DNA of 64,000 nt from Octopus vulgaris (taxonomy: Eukaryota), in assembly GCA_951406725.2 (NCBI GenBank), contig OX597829.1, positions 28,024,001-28,088,000 of the forward strand, read 5' to 3'. A model generated the notes under the pieces. The model saw only the letters and a list, made by a program, of their open reading frames with translations. It did not search any database and was not told the DNA's origin. Positions 50,940 through 64,000 of this stretch are shown piece by piece. The translations under genes and the position numbers were made by a program. Each line of letters opens with the position of its first letter. Within the stretch, counting starts at the first letter, position 1.

Positions 50940-51613
50940 ACTTTTTCACTTCCTGAGCGTTATAATAATACATCTGTTTGTTGTCTACACCACCTGTCTT
51001 CATCTTTTGTTTTTTTGTGAATTCTCCCCCTATATATATATATCTTTTCTCTTCCTCACATTTCCTCTTCATGCACTATAATTACCTCCCACTCCTCATC
51101 CCTGCCCTCACTGCCCTACTCACTGTATGGTTGCTTTCCGCACTCCCTCTTTATACCTAGGTTCCCACCAGTCACTGCAGTCCCCACATCCACTCCCTAC
51201 TCATACCTGGCTGCTTTTATTATGACCTCCATACCTTGAGGACATGCCCTGACAATTGCCACCATTTTTTCTTCTCTTTCTTACTCTACCACCCCACCTA
51301 TGCTCTGATCCCCATTCCTTGTGAGTATATGCTGGCACTTCACGTTACCACCATCTCTCTCCTGCTCTCTCTTGCACTCTTGCTGTCTCCTACTCTCGCT
51401 CGCTCCCTCTCTCTCTCTCTCTCTCCCTCTTTCCCTTGCTCTTCCCTCAGGCTGGGTATCCATGTATCTCCTCTACAACAGTACATCTGTTTCTGCTCTC
51501 ATTCTCAATCACTCTCTCTCTCTCCTTCTTTTGCTCTTTCCTCTGACTAGGTAACCAAGTATCTTCTTTACAGCAGCACACCAGTTTCTGTCCTCTTTCT
51601 TGTTACCCCCCCC

Positions 51614-51667
<54 letters not shown>

Positions 51668-52208
51668 GGTTGGGTAACTATGTACCTCTTCTACAGCAAG
51701 ACACCTGTAAGTGTCTCTGTCATATTCTAACCTTTCATCATCAAATACAAGTTCTCTTTCTCCAATGCCCCCTCCCCTCTCAAAATTCCTTGTCTTGCAA
51801 GTTAATTGGTGACCCTGCTGGTGCTGGTGCCATGTAAAATGTATCCAGTCCACACTGTAAAATGGTTGGCGTTTGGTAGGGCATCCAGCTGTAAAAGAAT
51901 CATGCCAAAACTGACCTCGCCTGTATTGGTGTCACATAAAAAGCACTCAGTCCACCTTGTGGAGTGGTTGGTGTTAGAAAGGGCACCCAGCCATGAAAAT
52001 CATGCCAAAACAGACAGTGGCCAGCTCCTGCCAAACCATCCAACCCATGCCAGCATGGAAGGCGGATGTTAAATGATGATGATTATGATGATGATGATGA
52101 TGATAATGACATACATACATACATTCGTACATACATACATACATACATTCATACATGCATACATACATGCATGCATGCATGCATACATACATGCATGCAT
52201 GCATGCAT

Positions 52209-52245
<37 letters not shown>

Positions 52246-52588
52246 AACAAACAATGGGTTTTTTCAGTTTCTGTCTACCAAATCTACTCACAAGGCATTA
52301 GTTAACCCAAAGTTATAGTAGAAGACACATCATATTTGTGTGTGTGTGTATCCAGCCCTGCTTGACATCTGGTGTTGGTGTGTTTACCTTCCTGTAACTT
52401 AGTGGTTTGGCAAAGAAATTGATACCGTGCTTTAAAAAAAAATATGTAGTAGGGTTGATTCATTTAATTAAAACTTCTTCAAGGCTGTGCTCCAGCATGG
52501 GCTGCTTTCTGATGACTAAAACATGTAAAAAGATAAAAGATACCTACAGAATAATTTTCCTTCACTTTTTGTTTCTTTTTCTCAGATA

Positions 52589-52814
52589 CTCTTTACTCTT
52601 TTACTTGTTTCAGTCATTTGACTGCGGCCATGCTGGAGCACCACCTTTAGTTGAGCAAATCGACTCCAGGACTTATTCTTTGTAAGCCTAGTACTTATTC
52701 TTTCGGTGTCTTTTGCCGAAACAATAAGTTACGGGGATGTAAACACACCAGCATCGGTTGTCAAGCAACGTTGGGAGAACAAACACAGACACACAAACAT
52801 ATACACGCACATAC

Positions 52815-52867
<53 letters not shown>

Positions 52868-53041
52868 CATATATATGATGGGCTTCTTTCAGTTTCTGTC
52901 TACCAAATCCACTCACAAGGCTTTGGTCGGCCCAAGGCTATAGTAGAAGATACTTGCCGAAGGTGCCATGCAGTGGGACTGACCCCGGAACCATGTGGTT
53001 GGTAAGGAAGCTACGTACCACACAGCCACTCCTACGCCTAT
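52589..53041 (-). mobile_element. tRNA-derived SINE family 1, full length
   Basis: Complete reverse-complement copy with a central (TA)n/(CA)n tract. Confidence 0.9.
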
Positions 53042-53419
53042 ATATTAATATTGATTTCAAACTTTGGCACAAGGCCGACAATTTTTGAGGAGGAGTTAAA
53101 TTGATTACATTGATCCCAGGCTCAGCTGGTACTTATTTTATAGATCCCCTAAAGGATGAAAGATAAAGTCGACTTTGGTGGAATTTGAACTCAGAACATC
53201 ATTAGATGGAAGAAATGTTGCAAAGCATTTTGCCTGGTGTGCTAATGATCCTGCCAGCTCACTGCCTTAATACGCATATTAATATTGATAGACTTTTATT
53301 AAAATGCATAATTAATTAAATGTAAAACAAAGAAAACAAGTGGATGTATTCCACTGAAACTAGGTAAATAAAGATTTCGAACTGGGATGATCAGTAGCGA
53401 CACCTGCAAGTCTGACTAC

Positions 53420-53462
53420 GCTGCATTGATAAGGGGCAACAACCCTGAAACATGTCTGTAGC
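53420..53462 (+). ncRNA. Decayed minimal hammerhead ribozyme
   Basis: GCTGCA-TTGATAA-GGGG-CAACAA-CCCT-GAAA-CATG-TC-TGTAGC: all stems present, core differs from CTGATGA by two transitions. Confidence 0.6.
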
Positions 53463-54074
53463 TGTCTGACTGGCAGGATGAAGCGGCTGACCTCCCTTGT
53501 TCGAAGGTTTGTAATGGATGCAGGTTGTGTGTCAAATAGCTAGCTTGAGGCGGTGGCCTCTTGGAGCTAATCAGCGACAGCTTTAGTCTTATATTTATAA
53601 GACTGCCATATTAGTATGGCGATAACTATTAATTTCCAGTAACGCTGCCGTAATCTCCTTTAGAGAGACTTAGTCATTTTAATATTTCTATTAAAGAAAA
53701 TGATACAATTATTTATACACATACATAAGTACATGCGTACACACATTCTTGCATAAACACATACATGCATACAAATACATGTATATACATGCACACATGC
53801 ATACATATGTACATGGTTGCTGTCAGCTTGTAGATGAATATGGCCATCACTGACAAATTATCTTACCCTAAATATTAATGACAATGGCTGTCAGGGTTAA
53901 ATTTCCACATGTAGAAATTAAACCCTTTAGCTTTCAAACAGGCCATGTCAGATCTCATTATTTTACTAGTTTTATGTTAAAACTGGTCAGATCTGGCTTC
54001 TCACTTATGGTCCTTAAGAATGATGTCAGTTGTGGGGAGGGTGGTACTTATATATATACATGTATATATATATA

Positions 54075-55345
54075 TATATTGTTATATTTTGGAATGGTCA
54101 TATTGCCAGTTTAGCCAATAAAAACACACACACTATATATTTGGTGTTATTTTGCTTCAGTGTTATTTATTTATTACATTGATCTTAATCTTATTTTGGC
54201 CAGAGTTCTTTCGTCACACTCCTGTGACCGCATCAGTGGTTCTTTGTTTTCTTCTTTCTTATTTGTGTCTCTCCTTACTAACCGTCAGCCATTTTGTATT
54301 TCTATTGTATGTCTTCATTTGCGCATGCTTATATCTCTATGTGTGTCTATGTTTATTTAGTGTGTGTATGTGGGGGGATGCCTGTAATATTTGTATCTTC
54401 TGTTTATATATGTTCATGTAATTTGTATTTTGTTTTTGTTGTTTTTGTTTATTCTTATTTTGTTCATGTGTTTACATCCACTTATTATTATCATTACATA
54501 TGCTTGTATGTATGTGTGTATGTATGTATGTATGTATGTATGTATGTATGTATGTATGTATGTATGTATAACAACAATACTAGTAATAATAATAATAAAT
54601 CGAATCGAAAAAAAAAATATATATATATATATATAGATAGTTATTTATTTCTATTAGTTTATTTATCTGTGTATTTATTATGTTTTCGGGATCCTCTATC
54701 GTCATATATTGTGGTGTGTGTTAGTGCTCCATTCTAGTTTTCTATTCAGGCTAGGTTTATTTTCTATTATGTGTGTAGCTTCTGTAATTTGTCTAATTGT
54801 TGCATCTGTTCTATGTGTGGACAATATTTTAATTTCTATGTTATTGATTGATCCCCTGTGTTCCTGTTCAGCGTGTTGGTACAGAATCGATGAGCTTTTA
54901 CCTTCCTTGAGTTGTCTCCAATGTTCATTTACCCGCTCTCCTATGCTTCTTGCCGTTTCCCTTACGTATGTCGTTGTCTTGTTACTGCATCGTCCCTCTA
55001 TACATCTTATACTATAGACTACATTTCTGGCTTTACAGTTTGTTTGTGGGCTAAATCTACATACAGTACAGTACTTATCCGTACAGGGGGTTCTACTAAA
55101 AGGATAGGTTCTACCAATTATAGATTTGATAGGGTTGCCTGGCTTTTCAACAACCTTAATTCTTAGCTTAAGTTTGTCTAGGATCCTTCTAAAGCGGTAC
55201 GCCAGTTCACCTCGGCATCCGAAACTCAGTGTTTTCTCTTGGCTACCGAATAATTGTCACATATTATTTTACAGATAAAATTCCTCTATTTACATAATAT
55301 TGAGGTCTCTTTCTTTCTTTTGTTATATTACTGTTTTTACCAATA
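54075..55345 (-). mobile_element. Penelope-like element 3' portion: GIY-YIG ORF plus pLTR with hammerhead
   Basis: Start-less open frame ~55224-54702: IKVVEKPG..PF..PCTDKYCTVC..CKARNVVYSIRC...C....YVRETARSIGERVNEH...ITEATHIIENKPSLNRKLEW; HHR-like motif ~460 bp downstream on the same strand; ends at (TA)n. Confidence 0.85.
54200..54239 (-). ncRNA. Minimal hammerhead-like motif in the PLE pLTR
   Basis: CCA-CTGATGC-G-GTCAC-AGGAGT-GTGAC-GAAA-GAAC-TC-TGG. Confidence 0.6.
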
Positions 55346-55367
55346 CATACATACATACATATATATA

Positions 55368-55399
<32 letters not shown>

Positions 55400-56348
55400 G
55401 ATATGTGTGTGTGCCTGTGTGTGTGCATATGTGTATGAATATATATATATTTCATAGATGAGATCCAAATATTCTCCATATAGAATACACATAACAGTGC
55501 TTAAGAGATTGAAACTTGAGAGCAGGTATAGTATAGAAGTAAATGTGAGGATAAGCAAGTTAAACAGATCAATATATAAAGTATATTAAAGACATAAAAT
55601 ACAAAATATGTTTATATATATATACATATAAAAAGATCCACATTTGTCTGTGGTCACTTTGACACCTGACATTCGGCACACAGTGCACCTGTTCAGAAAA
55701 CATCGATTTGATGGAGAGAGTGAGCTAATGTGTGATATGAACATGTGATCATTATAGACAAATCATTTGTGCTGATCGTTTGGTAAAAGATGAATGCTCA
55801 TCTGTTGTCTTCGATGGGAGAGTCCATCATGTACATATATCAACCTCAAGCCAACCAAGGCTTTAGGAGCGGATTTGGTTGACGGAAGCTGAAAGAAGCC
55901 ATCATATGTATTTGTGTGTGTGTGTCCCTGTAACCTAGCAGTTGAGCAAAAGAGACCAATAGAATAAGTACCCAGCTTTGATATAAGTATCGGGGTTGAT
56001 TTGTTTGGCTAAAATTCTTCAAGGTAGTACCTCAGCATGGCCACCACTGAATGACTGAAACAAATAAAAGAAAAAAATACACCCATCCAACCATCCATCC
56101 ATCCATCCATACATATATGTACACACACACATTATTTAATAAACATAGTATATATTTTTATGAGCTACTAATAGTTTCATACAATGAAAAATAGCTGTAA
56201 CAGCATTTAATATTGTCTAGTGCCTTTGCACAATCCTTCATGGAACATTACAATATGGTTCTTAAATTGTTATTTTTCATGTTCTTGAATTGATATTTTC
56301 AGTTACTTATGTTTATGCCAAATAAATATACTATATTCTTTTATATAA

Positions 56349-56388
<40 letters not shown>

Positions 56389-56417
56389 TAGAAGGTTTGG
56401 AGATGATGTACAGGTAT

Positions 56418-56701
56418 TATATATTAGAAGAAATGAGGTACTCAGAAACCTGGATGGTTTTATGTTTACATATATTTATTAGTATGTTACATGTTTTTAT
56501 AAATCATATATCATATATTAGTGCTTTCGTCCACTCTAGTGGAGTTTTCAAATTCAAATTTTCAAATTTGACAACTCTACTAGAGTGGACGAAAGCGCTA
56601 ATATACGATATATGATTTATAAAAACATGTAACATACTAATAAATATCTGTAAACATAAAACCATCCAGATTTCTGAGTACCTCATTTCTTCTAATATAT
56701 A
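56418..56701. repeat. Foldback palindrome A (~128-bp arms, a few mismatches)
   Basis: TATATATTAGAAGAAATGAGGTACTCAGAAA... mirrored by ...TTTCTGAGTACCTCATTTCTTCTAATATATA. Confidence 0.92.
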
Positions 56702-56969
56702 TAGAATGGTTGTATACTGTCAATCTAACAAGAACGTGACAGTAGGGGGTACACCACCGCTGTATAGCCCTAGGAGGCATCGAACGCCTCCTGATAGCTT
56801 TGACACATTTTTTCCCTGTTTGTCTCCCCTTCGTATATGTATATAAGGACAAAGGGAAAAAATGTGTCAAAGCTATCAGGAGGCGTTCGATGCCTCCTAG
56901 GGCTATACAGCGGTGGTGTACCCCCTACTGTCACGTTCTTGTTAGATTGACAGTATACAACCATTCTAT
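56701..56969. repeat. Foldback palindrome B (117-bp apparently perfect arms)
   Basis: 56701-56817 is the reverse complement of 56853-56969; 35-nt spacer. Confidence 0.95.
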
Positions 56970-57543
56970 CGCCCCACCACCGTACATGTCTCTACGAGAG
57001 ATTTAGAAATTCAATATTTCTTATATATATATATATATATATAACCCCGTTTTGTATATATATCTGTATGCATTATTTTTATACTATTACACCTACTTAT
57101 ATCAGTACACACTTTTTCTTGTATATTTATATTTAATTATCTTATTATCCTGCTTCTGATCCATTACTTTCAATCAATAGATAGTATGTATGTATTTCCA
57201 GGTATTCCATATGTAAGTGTTTTGAGTGGTCTTTATAGAGACCACCTAATAATTGATTAATTAATTAATTAAGTGAAGATGAGGGATTAAATTGATTCTA
57301 CTTAATAGCAATCTTCCTTTTAATGTTTAAAATTGATCCATATACACCTTTTACCTTATAAAAGATTGTATTTTATTTTTGTACAACATAATAAGGTTGT
57401 TTATAAACAACATACTCCCATCTCATTATAGTTATAAGAGGAGTGATATTGTAATTTATAAAATCAATTTATCTTAAAGTTATTTCAGTTATACAAGAAC
57501 GAAATTGCATATACATGAGGAACATACATATATATACACACAT

Positions 57544-57578
<35 letters not shown>

Positions 57579-57606
57579 CATATATGTTTCCACTCAAACA
57601 TACTCA

Positions 57607-58023
57607 TAGGTGCAGGGGGTGGCTGTGTGGTAAGTAGCTTGCTAACCAACCACATGGTTCCGGGTTCAGTCCCACTGCGTGGCATCTTGGGCAAGTGTCT
57701 TCTGCTATAGCCCCGGGCCGACCAATGCCTTGTGAGTGGATTTGGTAGACGGAAACTGAAAGAAGCCTGTCGTATATATGTATATATATGTATGTGTGTG
57801 TGTTTGTGTGTCTGTGTTTGTTCCCCTAGCATTGCTTGACAACCGATGCTGGTGTGTTTACGTCCCCGTCACTTAGCGGTTCGGCAAAAAGAGACTGATA
57901 GAATAAGTACTGGGCTTACAAAAAGAATGAGTCCCGGGGTCGAGTTGCTCGACTAAAAGGCGGTGCTCCAGCATGGCCGCAGTCAAAATGACTGAAACAA
58001 GTAAAAGAAAGAAAGAAAGAAAA
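57607..58023 (+). mobile_element. tRNA-derived SINE family 1, full length
   Basis: A-box TGGCTGTGTGG, B-box GGTTCAGTCCC, CORE-like CTTGGGCAAGTG, central microsatellite, (AAAG)n tail. Confidence 0.9.
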
Positions 58024-58274
58024 TAGGTACATACGTATTATATGTGTTTAGAAGGGACGATAAGTGCAGTAGTTTGTATCATTATAATTATATAATATAA
58101 TTATAACAATAATACACAAACTTATATATATTTTCATATAAACATGATATGTTTATTTCTCCATTACAATATTACTTCTCTTACAACTTTCTCATATCTC
58201 TGTTTATAGTTATGTATATATATAAATATGTGTGTGTATTTATATTTATAACTTAACCTTATGTACTTTCTAAA

Positions 58275-58398
58275 ATCTCTGACGAAGCCTAGAGAAACAC
58301 CCAAGTATCTCAATTTCATCTACTAATTACTTCAGTCTACTGGAGGGATAAAGGTAGAATGAGGTATTTTTGCCTCTTGGCTGAAACAGCTGTAAGAT
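58275..58398 (+). ncRNA. Type I hammerhead ribozyme with extended stem II
   Basis: ATCT-CTGACGA-AGCCTAGAG...CTCTTGGCT-GAAA-CAGCTG-TA-AGAT: intact core, palindromic stem III, GUA triplet; downstream sequence to 58780 homologous to 5400-5760. Confidence 0.82.
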
Positions 58399-58777
58399 AT
58401 TTTCCCAATTTCTATTCCTGTATGTTATATATTTTGATAATTACTGGTATCTTTATATATTTTATATGTAAAGCATAATATGTTATACATGTATGTATAT
58501 TGTTGTAATTGTCATTTTAGTAAATAAATAAATAATTTGACATAATATAATGATTAGAAGTTGATGAATACCACCTATTGATCCCCTCCATTTTCTTATT
58601 GCTCTATAAATTAATGGTAAAATATCTCTTTACATTCACCAATTTAGTACACAAGGTAATGTAATTGCAATGCAATAAAAAACACACTTGTGTATTAATA
58701 ATTGGGTATTCTACCAGCAGTATATTGGATAGATATTATCCCTTAGTTGGGTGGATTCACAACCTCTAACTTTCTTG

Positions 58778-58851
<74 letters not shown>

Positions 58852-60034
58852 CACACATATATGTATGTATATATTTCAATACAGAGCAAATAATTCAGAA
58901 AATCTTTGCAAAAATATTATTGGCTCTGTTATTATCTAGTGTAACAGTTAGAAATTATAATAACAGAATCAATAATGTATGCAATTGCAGGCCCAAAAAA
59001 GTAATTAACTAGCTGAAGAATTAAAATTAATCCAAGGACATACTAAGTATATCTACCTGCTGGAAATAACAGTCAAAACTTATCTAAATCACCGAAAAAA
59101 ACACTGATAATAACTACAGAAATCAACTGTCTGCAGGCAAACAGGCTAAGACAATCTCTCAACTTACATTCAAGTATTTGGACTCATGTTGATTGGTTTC
59201 TGGACTGGCATTAAAGCCTCACCTTCCTCAGCATGCTTAACCTTAATGGAAAGTTGGGGCTTTGAATTCATATATTGTGACACATATATATATATAAAGA
59301 TTATAAACATTATTTCAATGCAATTGTATTATTTCCCAGCAAACATTTGTGTCTTGTTTTGCCACTATTTCCTATATATATATATATATATACACATACA
59401 CGCACACATACTTCAAAACGTGGAGTAGATGAAACAGACACAACTGATGAAGGGGAATATTCTTTTTGTTGCATGTCTCGTTTCTCTGTTTGTTTTCTGT
59501 TTTTGTTTTTATGTTTTCGTTTCACATTGTGTTCAACATTTTTTGATGTCCTGTACCCATATATGCATGTATGTATACATATATATGTAGGTATGTACAT
59601 GTATGTATATATGAATATATTTATATATTATTTATATTATTATATATGTGCATACATACATATGTATACACACATACATTCACACACACAACATATTTAC
59701 ATGACTTTATTCATTGTATATTCCAGATCTCCCTTGATGTGGATCTCAAGGATTCTACCATTGGTTATAAGTGCAAACAGGCTATTAACCATGTAAATCA
59801 AGTGGTAATTTAATAATATTTAATATATCTATATAAATTTAATACCGCCTTGCTCTATAATAAATATATCATTGATACCATTGCATCTTAATGTTACTTA
59901 GTTATGGCAATATTGAAGACATGCCCTAAATTTCTTGGAATGTATACTAATATAGGATTTCTGTTTTTTTTTAAGAAACTATTTTTGGAAATTTGTTACG
60001 AATTTATATCTATTCTTTTTCGTCAGCATCCCCA

Positions 60035-60835
60035 TTCTTGTCATTCTCATCATCACCATCATTATGTGTCATTGCTGCCACTGCTGTCATCCCGAAAACC
60101 ACATCTAACCACCATTGCCTCTCTTCATCATTGACATCTTCATCATCGTTGTCTTCATCATTGTCATCTTCATCGTTGTCATCTTCATCGTTGTTAGCTT
60201 CATCATTGTCATCTTCATTATTGTCATCATCGTCATCTTCATCATTACCATCTTCATCATCATCATTTTCATTGTCGTCAACTTCATCGTCCTCAACTTC
60301 ATCATTATCGAGTTCATTGCCATCATCTTCATCATTGCTATTTTCATCATCATCATCATCTTCATCATCATCATCTTCATTGTCATCATTGTCATCTTCA
60401 TTGTCATCATCTTCATCGTTGTCATTTTCATTATCATCATCATTTTCATCATCGCCATCTTCATTACAATCACTGCTACCAATACTGCCTTCTCTAGCAG
60501 CAGCATTAGCACCACCACCACCACCACCACCACCACCATCATCATTGTCATCAACTTCATCATTGTCATTATCATCATCATCATCATCATCATGGTCATC
60601 ATCATCATGGTCATTGTCATCATCATCATTGTTGTCATCATCACCACTCTCGCTACCACCACGTCTACTACTGCTATTGTCATCACTGTTTTTGCTGCGG
60701 CCATGGCCACCACTATTACCAACACCATCACTATCACCATCATCACCACTACTGCTGTTGCCAGAGCCAGCCACCTCCTCCATCATCATTATCATCATCA
60801 TCAACACCATCACCATTATCACATCATCATCATCA
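60035..60835. repeat. Degenerate (CAT)n trinucleotide repeat
   Basis: Gives poly-S, poly-D, poly-M and poly-I ORFs in several frames. Confidence 0.9.
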
Positions 60836-60852
60836 AGAAGAACATAACAGAA

Positions 60853-61021
60853 TAGGCGCAGGAGTGGCTGTTTGGTAAGTAGCTTGCTTACGAACCACAT
60901 AGTTCCAGGTTCAGTCCCACTGCGTGGCACCTTCGGCAAGTGTCTTCTACTATAGCCTTAGGCCGACCAAAGCCTTGTGAGTGGATTTGGTAGATGGAAA
61001 CTGAAAGAAGCGTGTCATATA

Positions 61022-61074
<53 letters not shown>

Positions 61075-61295
61075 ATATGTTTGTGTGTCTGTGTCTGTCC
61101 CCCCAACATCGCTTGACAACCGTTGCTGGTGTGTTTACGTCCCCGTAACTTAGCAGTTCGGCAAAAGAGACTGATAGAATAAGTACTAGGCTTACAAAGA
61201 ATAAGTCCTGGGGTCGATTTGCTCGACTAAAAGCAGTGTTCCAGCATGGCTGCAGTCAAATGACTGAAACAAGTAAAAGAGTAAAGAGTAAAGAG
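60853..61295 (+). mobile_element. tRNA-derived SINE family 1, full length
   Basis: Collinear with 57607-58023. Confidence 0.9.
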
Positions 61296-61502
61296 AGAAT
61301 CTGTAGCTATCTAAATACACTAAATAGCTTGATGCCTGTAATCGGTACCTTCATGACATCTCCACATCACACTTGTGTAAAGCATACACACAGCCTCATA
61401 AATTCAGATGACATTGTACTCATGTCTTCCTACAATTTTTCAATGTTACTTTGATCTTCCAACCTTCCATGTCTGAAATAAGCATTCACCAAATTCCTAG
61501 AA

Positions 61503-62111
61503 CAGTGGTTATCAACCATTTTTTTTTTATCTATAAATCCCTCTGATTACTATTTTACTCTGGTGCACCACCATAGCCATTCCATGTTTAAAATGTAGTG
61601 TCATAGGTACTTTTTCGAAAAATTTCTATTTTGCTTTCCACTCATTAACTTTCTTAGGTTGAACTGCGTAAAACGTTTGGGAAAGAAACCTAGCCGTTTC
61701 TTGGAATAAATAAATGCTCTTTGGCTTGGCATCATGCTCTTGCTTGATGGGACTGGGGTTATCCCAGGTAAGTGGTCCCAGAGACATCATTATGCATAGA
61801 GCCAACCAGGTCCGCCGCTGCTCTTCATTGCTGGTGGTCTCAGGCCAGCCCCTCTGCATCCTCCAAGATGACATTGAGCCTCTGAAGACTTTCCCCAATT
61901 ACATTTGACTATCTGGTGTGAACCCTGCCAAGAGGCCTATTCTAGTTCCAGTTGCTGTGGATGGTGGATATGATGGAGGGGTAGGACAAGAATACACTTG
62001 CCTCATAGACTGGTAGTAAGATTTTGTATCGTTCAAGTTGAAATGAAGGAAAAAGTTATGTGTAGTTTGTTTCCTTTGATTCAGTTCTGATAATCTTTAA
62101 CTGCACCCAAT

Positions 62112-62194
<83 letters not shown>

Positions 62195-62526
62195 TTCTCT
62201 CTCTCTCTTTCTCTCTCTCTCGCTGAGCAGTCAGAAAAAACCCCCAGAAAAGTCTAAGGAATTTGTTTATCACTGGTGCTTCTTTTGTATAAGAACTGAT
62301 CCCTTGCTGCCATTGTCTACAGGTTTAACGAGTTCCGGTCTAGTTGCTGTGGATGGTGGATATGATGGAGGGGTAGGATGATCTAGCAGGAGACAGTGGT
62401 AGCAACAGTGGTCATTATAAAATCTTTTTCATGGATCCTTAATATAACTACGGTGGATCTCCGATTTACTAAGTTGCTTGTGTGGACTCCGAAAAATCTT
62501 GTATGGCCCTTGGTTGAGAAACACTG
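61503..62526. mobile_element. Possible old hAT-like non-autonomous element
   Basis: Termini CAGTGGTTATCAACC / GGTTGAGAAACACTG; TSD unclear. Confidence 0.4.
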
Positions 62527-63157
62527 ACAAAGAACATTATAAGTGGCTGTCCATGATTCTTAGTGCTGTAAAATGGATCTCTGGTGCTTCTGATGATGAA
62601 TTTTATATTGTTTTTCAATCAACTGAAATAGTTGCTTGTGGCTGTGTAGTTAAGTAACTCACTTCTCAATCATGTGGTCTTGGGTTCAGTTCCACTGTGC
62701 AGTGTCTTGGGCAAGTGCCTTTAACTATTATAACTTTGTGAATAAATTTAAATGAATATATATATATATATACTGTTGATAGGCCAAATACTGCAGTATT
62801 TGTCCAGAGATAATATTTCTTATGCACTTGCTGTGCTAAAAACACTACAAAATATCATAAAGACAAATGAAAATTTATCCCACCAGCTGTAGTGAGAGCC
62901 ACAAGCATTTTGGCATTTTCAATGGTGCATACTTCCAGCCAGTCATATCATACACATTGATATATCTATATGCATATATCAATGTGTTTGTGTGTTTTTA
63001 GACATCATATGATCATTGTAAAGAGTATCACTGACATACAAATAATGTTGTTCACTTTCCTGCCATCCATTGTCACATTTTTTTACTTTGCTTCAAAGCA
63101 GGTGAGGGTTGGCAAAAAAGGCATCCAGTAGTAGAAAATGTACCTCAATAAATGTGT

Positions 63158-63840
63158 CTCACTCACCCACTCACCTACCACTAACCCACTCATTCACTCA
63201 CACACCCACTCAATCACTCATTCATACACACACTCACTCACTCACCTATACACTCACTCACCTCTCACTCACTCATTCACTCACATCTCATTCACTCACT
63301 CACCCACTCACTCACTCAACCACCCACTCACTTAACCACTCACTCCATCACTTATTCTCTCCTTCACTCAACCCACTCACTCACACACACCCACTCACTC
63401 ACTCACATACTCATTCAACCACCCACTCACTTAACCACTCACTCACTCCTACCCTCACACACTCCCTCACTCACCCACTCCATCCCACCATCCCTCCCTC
63501 CCTCACTCACCCACTCAATCACTCATTCACACATTAACTCACTCACTCGCTTGCTCACTCAACCATCCACTCAGTCACTCACTACCTCACTCCATCACCC
63601 ACTTACTCACTCTCTCCCTCACTCACCCACTCACTCACTCCCTCCCGCCCTCCCTCCCCTCACTCACCCACTCACTCACTCACACACACACTAACTCACC
63701 CAGTCACTCACTCGATTGCTCACTCACCCACCCACTCACTCATTCACCTACTCACTCAACCACCCACTCACTCCCTCACTCCATCACCCACTTACTCTCT
63801 CCCTCACTAACCCACTCACTCACTCACTCCTTCACTCAAC
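63158..63840. repeat. Degenerate (ACTC)n microsatellite
   Basis: Direct inspection. Confidence 0.92.
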
Positions 63841-64000
63841 TACTCTGCATAGAGTATCAGAAATGAAACAAAAGCATGCAAACATTCAGAACAATCGCAA
63901 GTATCACATTTGATCAATTTGAAATGAATTACAAGAGTGATGGTAGTGGTGGTGGTCCTGGTGGTGGTGGTGATTGCGATGGTGGTAGTGGCGGTGGTGA

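Noticed and set aside
59410-59460. Hammerhead around AACTGATGAAGGGG (also at 22468)
   Set aside because: No compatible GAAA and stems could be assembled.
59993-60939. Poly-Asp and poly-Ser ORFs resembling biomineralisation proteins
   Set aside because: Degenerate (CAT)n open in several frames; the minus-strand ORF starts inside a SINE and no splice context is seen.

Overview
AT-rich, repeat-saturated eukaryotic DNA. The SINE families and microsatellite load suggest a cephalopod, probably Octopus (my recognition, not a database result). Nearly all ORFs in the supplied track are microsatellite artefacts. Real coding remnants come from transposons: an RTE LINE with a PHD-like insert, three Dong/R4-type RLE retrotransposons sitting in (AAT)n, a Tx1/L1 LINE with an inverted internal duplication, a CRE-like RLE fragment, Gypsy fragments, mariner and pogo/Tigger transposases, and three Penelope-like GIY-YIG remnants. 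There are also three tRNA-derived SINE families, several MITEs (piggyBac-, Merlin-, Tc1/mariner- and Helentron-like) and one plausible host exon encoding a signal peptide (50048-50230). The most striking hidden layer is about ten hammerhead-ribozyme (HHR) motifs, intact or decayed. One family combines a tRNA-like Pol III head, an (AAT)n tract and a hammerhead. It forms a head-to-head inverted pair at 39297-43822, and each arm carries a Dong/R4 insertion in its (AAT)n tract.
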